IMG/VR virus record: IMGVR_UViG_3300035322_000166
Coordinates: 1-51,798 of that record
DNA length: 51,798 nucleotides
Reading direction: 5' to 3' (one strand)
From: a virus
Taxonomy: Duplodnaviria > Caudoviricetes
Of this stretch, positions 18,101-30,100 are shown one piece after another (position 1 is the first letter of the stretch; the number at the start of each line of letters is the position of its first letter). The notes beneath the pieces were generated by a model. It had not been told where the DNA came from. It saw only the letters and a program-made list of their open reading frames with translations, and made no database searches. Both the position numbers and the translations under genes were made by a program.

Positions 18101-21100
18101 CCTACAAAGTTAGGGTTATATCCAGCATATGTTCCTAGTGTTTATATTGACAATACTTATTTAGAACCACAAACTGTTGTTCAAGGGCACGACGGTAGCT
18201 TACGAATAGGTTATAATGATTTTAGAGATGACTTATTATTAGAACTTGAAATGCGTATCTATAATAATATTAAAGTAAAATACGATGAAGATATTTTTAA
18301 TATATATGATTATGTAGGCGGCGAGTTTAGAAAAACAAAATTTAGCCATCAGCAAATAGACAATGCATATGTAGACGATTTTATTGACTGGCTTAACTTA
18401 GTCGGCAATCCAGATTACACAGATAACAATTTTTATAGTAGTGCAAATCCGCTAACATTTAACTATTTTGCAAGTACTACACCCAGTCAAAAACCTTTAG
18501 CAGGATTTTGGAGAGGTATTTACAAAGATGCATTTGATACTGATCGTCCTCACACACATCCTTGGGAAGTATTAGGATTTACAATCAAGCCAGCATGGTG
18601 GAATAAAGTTTACGGGCCTGCCCCATATACAACTGATAACATTCCTATGTGGTCAGATTTAGAAAAAGGGTTTGTAAGAGAGCCCGGAAAACCTTTAATA
18701 GTTAGAGAAAAGTTTGCTAGACCAGGACTAGCATCGTTTCCGCCTTCTAGTTCACAAGGGTTAGTACAGAATCCTTTAAACAGTGGTTATATTAGAGACT
18801 TTAGTAATGCTGCAATTAAATCTAAATTTAAATTTGGTGACATAGCACCTGTTGAAAATGCTTGGAGAAAAAGCAGTGATTATCCTTTTGCTTTAATTAA
18901 GAGTTTACTTATAAACAGACCTGCGTTTATGTTTGGTATAGGATTTGATAGAAGTCGTATTTCTAGAAACTTTGCTGGACAACTTGTTTACGGAGATACA
19001 AATAAACGTATACAATTAAATAATATAGTATTTCCTAATTCAACTAATGATGCAACACGAGTACAAACAGCAGGATTAATAAACTTTGTTTCTAACTTAA
19101 TACATAATGATGTAAACACATCTTATGCTTCATATCAAAAAACATTAAAGGGTTTAACAAATAAACTTGGATTGCGTGTTGCAGGTTATACTAATAAAGA
19201 AAAATTTAACCTGATTCTTGATTCTCGTAATCCACTAAACGAAGGTAATGTATTTGTACCAGCAGAAAATTATAGCATACACTTAAACAAAAGCACTGCA
19301 TTTGATATTGCAACATATAGTGGTATAATTATTGAAAAACAACAAGCAGGGTATGTTGTAAGAGGTTATGATAGATTTAATCCTGTATTTACAATATACG
19401 ATCCGATAGCAAGTAGTAAGGATATAACGCTTAGTGAAGGCGGAACCAGTGAGGACTTTGTTGAATGGGGCGAAGGTAAAACCTATCTTCAAGGTAACCT
19501 TCTTAGATACGAAGGTAGATTTTATAGAGCAAAAGCTGATCATACATCAGGTGAAACATTTGATGCAACGTTATATGTAATTGTAAAAGATGTACCTGTT
19601 GTTGGCGGCACTAGTGTAACAATAGCAAGTAATTATAAAACTCATCCATCCTATGTAGATTATGGAACAACATTTCAAACAATACAAGAAGTAATTGATT
19701 TTATAAACGGTTACGATTATGCATTACGTAAAGCTGGATTTATATTTGAGTCTTTTAAACCCGAAACTGAAACTGTTCAAAACTGGCGCATGAGTATGAA
19801 GGACTTTTTGTTCTGGACTACACAGAACTGGCAAGAAAATAGTGTGATTACATTAAGTCCAGCAGCAGAAACACTAAAGTTCTTTAGAGAAGAACATATT
19901 GTTGACAATATTTTTAATGACTTATATTCAACTACTCCATTAAATAGTAACGGACGGCCTATTAATCCTGCAAATTTATCGTATAGTAGAGTTGAAAAAG
20001 AATTTATTTTACAACCAAAAAATACTATAGAAGGTATTTTCCTTGCTAAACTACCTTTAACGCAAAAAGAACACGTTATTACAATAGATAATAAAACTAT
20101 ATTCCAAGATGTAATTTATAATCCAAGTTCAGGATATAGACAAGAGCGTATCAAAGTTTTAGGTTATAGATCAGCTGACTGGGACGGAAGCACAAACGTT
20201 CCAGGGTTTATTATTGATGATCCTATTTGTTACAATTGGGAACCTAATACTGATTATGTTATAGGTACCATTGTAAAATACAAAGAATTCTATTATGTAT
20301 CTAGTACTCATGTACCAGGCACTACAACGTTCGATTATAATGTTTGGCAAAGGTTAAATGAAAAACCAGAAGCTGGTATGATGCCTAACTTTGAATACAA
20401 AGCTAATCAATTTGCTGACTATTATGATTTAGATACTGATAACTTTGATATTTCGCAACAACAACTTGCACAGCATTTAATAGGATACCAAAAAAGAGAT
20501 TACTTACAAAATATTCTAAAAGATGATGTAAGTCAATATAAGTTTTATCAAGGGTATATTAAAGAAAAAGGATCATTAAATAGTTTAACAAAATTATTTG
20601 ATAGTTTAAGTCACAGTACAAACAGTTTAGAATTTTACGAAGAATGGGCATTCCGTACAGGCACATATGGCGCAATTGACGGCATACAAGAAAATGAATT
20701 TATTTTAGATGAAACTAAATTTATGTTATCACCTCAGCCTATTGAACTTGTTAACACTGCAACAGGAACAAGTTTAGATTTAATTTATAGACAACCTGTA
20801 AACGATGTGTATCTATCACAAGAAAATTATGATCCAAATAATGTATTCCCTGTTCATGCTACTACTCCTGCAGAAATTATTCAAACCGCCGGATATGTAC
20901 ACAGTGAAGATGTAAAGTTTGAAATAGCATCCTACTCAGATCTTGCTACGCTTGATCCTACACTTTTAGAATTAAATGATTATATCTGGATTGGTAAAAA
21001 TAAACAAAACACATGGGACGTTGTTAAAGTCGAAGGCACTAACAATGTACCTGAAGCAGTTGAAGACGGAACACAAACACGTTTAAACTTTAATTTTGAG

Positions 21101-24100
21101 CACGGTTTAGAAGTTAACGATGTATTTGTCATAGGAACAATTGATAGTACTGAAATTGTAAGAACCGTTCGTAAAGTTGAAAACAACAAGGTCTTTATTG
21201 ATCCGCTAGACGATAATAATATAGAGTTACTTCCGATAAGAATTTTTGTATCGCATAGATACGAAACAATATCTGCTTTAGCATCTGCTATGGGAACAGA
21301 TTTACAAGATGCAACAATATGGGTTGATAATGTAAACAATAACTGGGCTGTATACAAACGTGAGCTAGGAAATTACAAAAATGTTTGGACATACGAAAAT
21401 GAAGAAGCAACTACTGGCTGGGCAAGCGACTTTGATACAAACAAACGTAATACTATTAAAGTTGTAGGTAACCCTGATAAAAATCAAATTGAAATTTACG
21501 CCAGAGGTACTGACTCAATAGGAATGGAATTAGAAGGTGTTATTGAGAACCAAAGCGGTCTATCTAACGGTAGTGGGTTTGGCAAAGCTGTTGCAATATC
21601 ACCTGATGAAAAATACATAGCCGTTGGTAGTCCAGATGCTACAGAAATAAAAACAAATTTAATAGGCGATTGGAATAATTTAACTGCATACAGTGTTGGG
21701 TCTATTGTAAGTCATAATGATTCATACTGGATAGCAGTAAAAGATACATTACCTGAAATTGGCAGCCAAAATTACAGTAGTTTTGTATCATATCCAACTG
21801 TAAAAGACAATTTAGACGACAGTACTGAACCTAACTTTTTGCTTGCTGCAAACTATCCTAAGACAAATACATTAGGTGATCACTTCCTAATAAGAGCTAC
21901 ACAAGCAGAATACAATGCAGTGTTTGTTGGAAGCACACTAAGTTTAGTTTGGAATCAATATAGTGTATCACATATCAATCCATTACTGTCAAGACAACCT
22001 TTTGAAGATACAGTAAGCGGATTAGATGGTTCTGTAATTACAGGTGAACATATAATTGCAGACAAAGTTGATATGATTATATCTGTTGAACTTGCTTTAA
22101 ACACACCATCAGTAGGAGATGTAGTAGAAACATCTACAGGTGAAGGAACAATTGTATACCTATATCCTGATGGTAACGGTTATATTATGTATCTTAATAA
22201 TACATCTGGTATATTTGCAGCAACAGGATCATTATCTCTTGTTACTGGTATAGAAATAGGCAACTATGTATATGAGTCACCAGACAATGTTCATAATGAC
22301 TTAGGCGGCTACTGGAAAATTGATCTTCCTAGTTCTGTATTGTTTAGAGATGTTATTATAGATAATGCTCCAGGACTTATTATTAAAGATATTAGACAGA
22401 GTGGTTATTCGGGCAGTTATGATTCATATTATAACATAGGATATGATATTGGTGTAAAAGGCGCTATCTCTAATGGTAACGACAAGATTTCACTTGTAGG
22501 ACATTTTGATTTTCCTGATGATGCAACTGTAGTAAACGTAACAGACTTTTCGTCTAAATGGTTTATAAGATTAGGACCAACTGCACCTAATTATACACTT
22601 ATCGGGCAGCAAATACGATTAGCTGAAAATACTTTCTTACAAACTAACGACTGGGTTAACTTTGGATTAGTTGATCATACTAACCAGCCAATTTTTGAAA
22701 ATAATCATACAGTAGTTCAATATATTGATGGGTATTTAAAAGTACAAATACAAACTGATGCAGCTGGTACACATGCGTTACAAGAAGGTGATATACTAGA
22801 AGATGCTAATACTGGTGCGCTACTTGATGTTGTGTATGCAGAATGGGATGCAGGATTTCAAACACAAACATTATATGTAAATTGGAATATATCTTCACCT
22901 AATCAAACTGTAAGTCTAGGTTCTAATTATGCTGATAGTACTCGTATTATAAGAAAAAGATCAGGTGTTGTGGATAGAGATGCAGGATTTATGCAAGAGT
23001 CAAGTGTTTACACACCTACTAACGATATTAGTCAGTTATACATTTTTGATGCAAGAGATCTGCCAGGCGTTCCTGTGAACTATTCTTTTCCACCATCGCA
23101 AACTGGTTATTGGATGATTGAAGGATTTGAATATTGGATAGTGCCAGAAACAAGAACAGTAGTTGGTGCAGGTCGTCCTGCAAATGAACCATTGTCTAGC
23201 AATAGCAACTGGATCTTCACTAACAGTATACCTGTTTCTGCTGGAGGAGGAACAACATTTGACGGTATAGGATACGTAACAGTTTATGAAAGATCAGAAC
23301 CAGGTGTATATCCTGTACAAAAACGTTTTGTTATTCCTATGGGTTTTGACGCCGTTGGCAGTACATTACAGTTTGCATATTTTAATGATATGTATGTACT
23401 TTGTGTAGGCGCATCAGATAAAATTATATTTGTTAAAAACGGCACAGAAAATAATATAACATACGATTGGGAAGTAAGTTTAGATAAAGACTTTAGAGGA
23501 ACGTTTAATATTAATGCAGATTATTATATTGGTGATATTGTATTAGTAAACAATCAATTGTATGTTGCAACAACTAATGTAAGTCAAAGTGCATTTAATG
23601 CTGCACAATGGACAACAGTTGATAATGATATAGATTACACAGGATATATTCCAAGATCTATTTCTGTTGGAACTGATAATAAACTTCTAACAGTATTCAA
23701 CGACTTTGGTAATGATTATAGAATATCGGAAGATGGTCAACTAATTGCAGTTTATGTAACAACTGATGATAGTAGTACATCTGTTTCAATTGACGATGAA
23801 ATTGCTTTTTATAGATATCATAATAACACTTATAGATATCAAAATAGCTTATCTGTTGTTACTAACGAAGATACTGCTGAGTGGCAGGAACGTATTTTAG
23901 ATGACGACTATAAACATAGTTTTGATTTAAGTGCAGATGGTAAGCAACTAGCAATCGGATTTCATAGAGAAAATGCAGATGGTTCTACAGTTATTGATGG
24001 AGGACTTGTAAAAGTTTACAAATACACTGCGGGTACATGGGTGAGAACAAATACAATTACTAGCCCACAAAATGAAGCCAGTGAAGCATTTGGAAAAAAT

Positions 24101-27100
24101 ATACAGTTCATTGGAAGTAACTTATTAATATCTAGTTTATACGGTGATAAAACTGTAACAAGAAAATTTACAGACGGAACATACTTTGATAATAACTTTA
24201 CATCCTTTGTTGAAACGCAAACAGATGTAGGTAATTTATATTTGTTTGAAAACATTGAAGACGAATTTATATATGCTGGAATAATTAGTAACGGTATTGA
24301 TATTAGTAAAAACTATAAAGTTAACGGGTATCATGTTTATTCTTTGAACAATGATACAATTGTAGACCTTAGATGGAGTGGCATAAACAATTGGACTAAA
24401 CACAGAGAAGGATTACCTGTTGTTAATGTTTCAAAATTTAAAGGACCGTTTTTGTATGATAAATCAAGTAAAGAATTTATAGACTATATTGATATAATAG
24501 ATCCAATACAAGGAAAAATTGCAGGCCCTGCTGAACAAGAATTACGTTATAAAACAAAATGGGATCCGGCAATATATACAAATGTTGACGAAAATGATTC
24601 TGTAACAGTAGATGTGTTTAAGTCATGGGGTCTAAATCAAGTAGGGCAATTGTGGTGGGATATTTCAACTGCAAGATTTAGAAATCCTTACCAAGGGACT
24701 GCAACCTATCAAACAAACACTTGGAACAAACAATTTGCAGGCAGTTCTATTGATATATACGAATGGATAGAAAGCGATATAAGTCCTTCAGAATGGAGAG
24801 AAATAGCTGATACTGAAGAAGGTTTGATAGATGGTATCAGTGGAGCACCAAAGTACAACGATGATACATATGTATTAAAAAAGAAATATGATAGTATTCT
24901 GCAAAGTTTTAGTAACTTATATTATTTCTGGGTTAAAAATAAAAAGACATTACCTTATGTAAACGAAAGACAAACAACCGCATATGATGTTGCTCAATAT
25001 ATTTCAGATCCTAGAACTTTTGGATACAAATATGTAGAACTACAATCTGCAAATAGATATGTAATTAACAATTCTATTAGAGATATAAAAGACAGAGATA
25101 CAATTGTAAACTTTACATGGTGGACTATTCCAAATCAACAGTTAAACATACATAATCAATATCAAATTGTAAGTGACGGTTTGTACACAAGCCAGCCTAC
25201 CGAGGAATTAAAAACAAAATGGTTTGATAGTTTAGTAGGATATGATAAAAATCTTAAAGAGGTACCTGACACTGCATTAAGTCCTAAATTAAAATATGGC
25301 AATTTGTCTAGACCAAGACAGTCGTGGTTTGTTAATAGATTAGAAGCGTTAAAAACTGTAATTGAAAGAGCAAATCTTGCATTAAGAAAACAAATAATAA
25401 TTGACGATTTTGATTTATCAGGTCTCAATACAAAAGATGACGCACCTACAATTTATTCAAGAGAGTTTGATTATGTTATAGATACGGAAATTGACTTACA
25501 ATTTATTGGTGTAAGTAAATTTAAACAGGCTGTGCTAACACCTGAGTTTACTAACGGTAGACTTACAAATGTTATAATTACTAATCCAGGATTTGGATAT
25601 ATAGATCCTTCATATGTATCTGGAGTGCGTAAAGGACCAAAAATAAATGTTGTAGGAACAGGATCTAATGCACAGGTTGAAGCAACTATAAATCCGCAAG
25701 GACAGATTACTAATGTAACTATAGTAAGTCAAGGTTCTGGTTATGGAGATACTACTTCATTATCTGTAAGAGGACTTACTGCTTTAGTAGAAAGCGATAG
25801 CACAATTGCTAATAAATGGTCATTAGTAGAATATAATCCTTCTATAATGATGTGGCAACGTGTACAAACACAAAACTTTGATACTACTTTATATTGGAAA
25901 TATGTAGATTGGTTTGCAACAGGTTATAATCAATTTAGTAATGTAAATTATACATTAGAGTATGCATACGAATTAGAGTCTTTGACAGATGAAATAGGCG
26001 ATATTGTAAAAATTAATAACACAAGTGATAACACATGGTTGTTATTAGAAAAAATTGATGATCAAGATAGTGTAGATTATAGTGTAAATTATAAAACTAT
26101 CGGTAGAGAAAACGGCACTGTAGAAATTGATAAAGGATTATATAATTTTGAAAATACAATAAGTGGTTACGATGGCTATGCATTTGATACTGCTATATAC
26201 GACGGTGTACCTATTACTGAAACTAGAAATATATTAAGTGTTTTATTTGATAAGATATTTGTCGATGAATTAGCAGTAGAATATAATAAAATATTCTTTG
26301 CAAGTATACGTTATATCCTTAGTGAAGGACAAAAACCTGATTGGTTATTTAAAACAAGTTTTGTAAAAGTAAAACATAATTTTGGAGAACTAGAACAGCG
26401 TGTTAATTATCAAAACGATAATCTAAAAAATTATCAAGATTATATTAACGAGGTAAAACCATTTAAAACAAAAGTAAGAGAATTTGTTAGTTCGTATAAC
26501 AAACTTGAAAATTCACAGAGTAGTATATCTGATTTTGATTTAATGCCTTGGTATAATCCTAACACTGGAAAAATTAGTCCAAAAACTGCTACAATTGAAA
26601 ACGGAAGTATTATATTGCAAGATGGTGATAAAGAACCTTGGAGCAATTGGTTTAATAATGCAACGTATTATGTTGACAAAATAGAAATTGCAAAATCAGG
26701 AACACTTTATCAAAATGCTCCTATAATTACACTTGAAGGCGGAGGTGGTACAGGTGCTACTGCTGTTGCTTATATAACCCGCGGAAGGGTTACAACAATT
26801 GATGTTATAAATCCTGGAACAGGTTATACAAGTGCGCCACGGGTTGTGTTTAACAGTAATCAAGATGAAGGCGGCATTGAAGCAGAAGCTGTTGCAATTA
26901 TTAAAAATGACACTATCCGTAAAATTAATACAACAATTAAGTTTGACAGAGTTAGTGGAAAATTACAGTATTTAGATCTTAATAAAAGCGAAACATTTAC
27001 AAGCCTAGCACAACAAACTAAGTTTACTTTAAAATGGCCTATGGATTTAGATTCTTTAACTGTTGATATTTCAGTTGACGGAGAAGAATCATTAGTTAGC

Positions 27101-30100
27101 GAGTATAGTTACAATAACCAAAAAGACGCAACTTTAGGATATACAATTCATAAAGGGGTTGTAGAATTTGTTACAGGTATACCTGGAGGTTCTAATGTAA
27201 TTATAAATTATAAAATAGATCCTGCGATGCTTACAGCAGGCGACAGAATACATAACCTGTATAAGCCTACTGACGAAATGCCTGGATACGATGATACAAT
27301 ACAAGATTTAAGTCAAGTGCTCGACGGAGTTGACTACGGCGGTGTTGAAATTACAAGTTTTGATTTTGATACAGAAGCAGGTTGGGATGCAGCTGGATGG
27401 TATTCAGATGCTTGGGACGAATATGACGGGCAATTTGAGGACGAAGTATTTAGAGCAGATGGATCTACGACAACAATGCCATTATCTAAACCTTTAGAGG
27501 CCGGCGTTGAATATAATCTTTATAAAAACGGTGTACGTGTTGACGATCCTAATTTTGGGACACCACAACAAACTAATCCACAAGCATTAGCAGCAACTAT
27601 TACAGGTGACGGTACAACTACTTCGCTTAACGTTTTAGCATTTAATATTATTGCGGATGATGTATTTATTGTAAGAAAGACTACAAGCGACGGAACATTC
27701 CTTCCAGACTTAACAAGTTTTGATACACAACTTACTGGTGGTAATTTTACTTACGGAAATGCAGCTGGTCATGATGCTGGCGAAATAGTTATTGATGGTG
27801 ACGGTTTTGTAACAGTTACTACATCTAGAAGTACTGACGAACATGTTCCTGGACAAGTTTTAGATACAGTTGATATTAAAGTTTTTGATAGAACCGGTGA
27901 TGGTCAAGGCATCATTGTTACAAGGACACATACATTTAACGCTGATGAAGAATATGCTGAACTTGCAGCAAGACAAGCAGAAAAGCAAAGTTTAGAAAGT
28001 CAATTACTTGCACAAGATGCTACACTAGCTAGTTTACAAAGTCAATTAAATAGTCTGCAAGGTGACTTAGTTATACTTGAGCAAGAAAAAACATCACTGG
28101 AAGCTATTCGAGATGCTAATGATTTAACAAGATCTATATATCTAGGATATATTTCTGAAATATCAAACTTTGACAGTCAAATATCAGCTAAACAATCACA
28201 AATTTCTAATCTACAATCCCAAAAAGGTAGTATAGACGGACAAATAGCAAGTTTAGAAAATCAAATTAATTCTCTAGATAATCAGATAACTTCTTTGACT
28301 GGACAGATTAACAATTTAAATTCTCAAATTTCACAACTGAACGGCGAGATTTCAAGTTTACAATCTCAGCTTACTAGTTTACAAAACGATTTAAATAACT
28401 ATTTGCCTAGCGATCCTGAATATGCAAATATTCAATCACAGATTAATAGTGTACAAAGTCAGCTTAGTGCCAAACAAAGTCAACTTAGTAGTTTGCAAAG
28501 TCAACTTAATAGTTTGCAAAGTCAATTAAGCAATTTACAATCACAAAAATCTAATCTTGAGGGACAGAAAGGGCCGTTAGAGTCTCAGTCTAATGCGTTA
28601 GCTAGTCAGATAAGTTCTTTAAATAATGAAATAATAGGTTTACAAGCGCAACGTGCTAATACAGAAGATCAAAAAGATGCTTATGAATTAGCGTATCAAC
28701 AACACGTTAATAATGTTACGGCAAAAGAAAGCCAGATTACGCTAAAGCAAGGCGAAATATCTACAAAACAAGCACAGGTTGCAAATCAACAAACAAGTGT
28801 TTTAAATAATCAAGTAGCGTTAGAGACTAAACAAGATGAAATAGATGCTGCACAAGCAATTATCGATGGTTTGAATTTACCGTTCGATATTGGTGCTACA
28901 CCTATTAAAGCTGAATCATTAATTGTTAGAGCAACAGGCGGCTCGATAGTTACTAAAAATAGAATTGTTGATCCTGCTTATTATACAATTGATTATGTAA
29001 ATAAAACAATACAGTTTAAAGATGCATTAGACTCGGGTACTACAATTACTACAATGGTAGTAGGTACAAATGGTTCTAAAATACTAGATACTGGTACATT
29101 TATTGGTGACGGAAGCACAGCACAGTTCCTTACAAAGGTACAGCACCAAGACACTATGAGTGCATTTGTATCTGTTGATGGAGAGAAAAGAAGCACACTG
29201 TCAGGCGAAGGCATTATACCAGATGTTGAGATTGTAAAAAGTTCAGCAGAATATGCATACGAAGGAACTGTGATATTTGAATTTGGCGAAGCTCCTGCAG
29301 ATGGTGCATTAATAAATTATACATTGTATGATAGTGATACACAGTCCTTTAGTGAAATCACAGTTGATCAGTTTACACCAGACGGCAGTACAACAAACTT
29401 TACTCTATCGCAAATTCCATTTACAGGAACACCATTAGATGTAAACATATTAGTAATAGATAATAATAATGTATTACATACAGGGTACAAGAAAAAGTTT
29501 ACGACAACTGTAGCAAACTTTTATCCTATGAGTATATTTCATATACCGTACCTAAGTAAAGGACCTGAAGATATTGACGTATATATTAACGGTGAATTAA
29601 AAACAAACACTATTGAATATAGATGGTTAGGCGAAACAAGTACATTAGAATTGTTTAACAACTACTATGAAATAGGTGATACTGTAGAACTATACACTAG
29701 AAATCCTAACTACACATTAGTCGGAGATGAGTTAAGATTAGTCAACGTACCGACTGACGGAAGTTTGTTAGTCTATCAGTTTAGTGAGCATGATGTATTA
29801 GAAACTGAGCGTTCAACTACAAATAGTATTAAGCGTACATCCTTAGTAGTAGGTACAGATGACTGGCAGATATATGCAGAAAGTTCGTTAGGCATTATAC
29901 GCTTAAATGAAAATATATTAAGTGAAAATTATATATGGATTGCACTTAACGGAGAGTTATTAAGTCCGACAGTAGATTATAAAGTTCGTGATGATTTACA
30001 AAGTGTTCAAGTACTAAGATCTATCAACGATGGTGATATGTTTGATATTATTCATTATACATCTCCTGTATCTTCGAAGCGTTTTGGTTATAGACAGTTT

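Noticed and set aside
28475-28528. CRISPR-like repeat
   Set aside because: Contiguous in-frame coding repeats with no spacers and no cas genes.
27950-28876. Intein, SMC protein or tape-measure explanation for the coiled-coil insert
   Set aside because: No Cys/Ser start, His-Asn end or endonuclease motifs; no ATPase motifs or CxxC hook; the segment is internal to a wedge-like protein.
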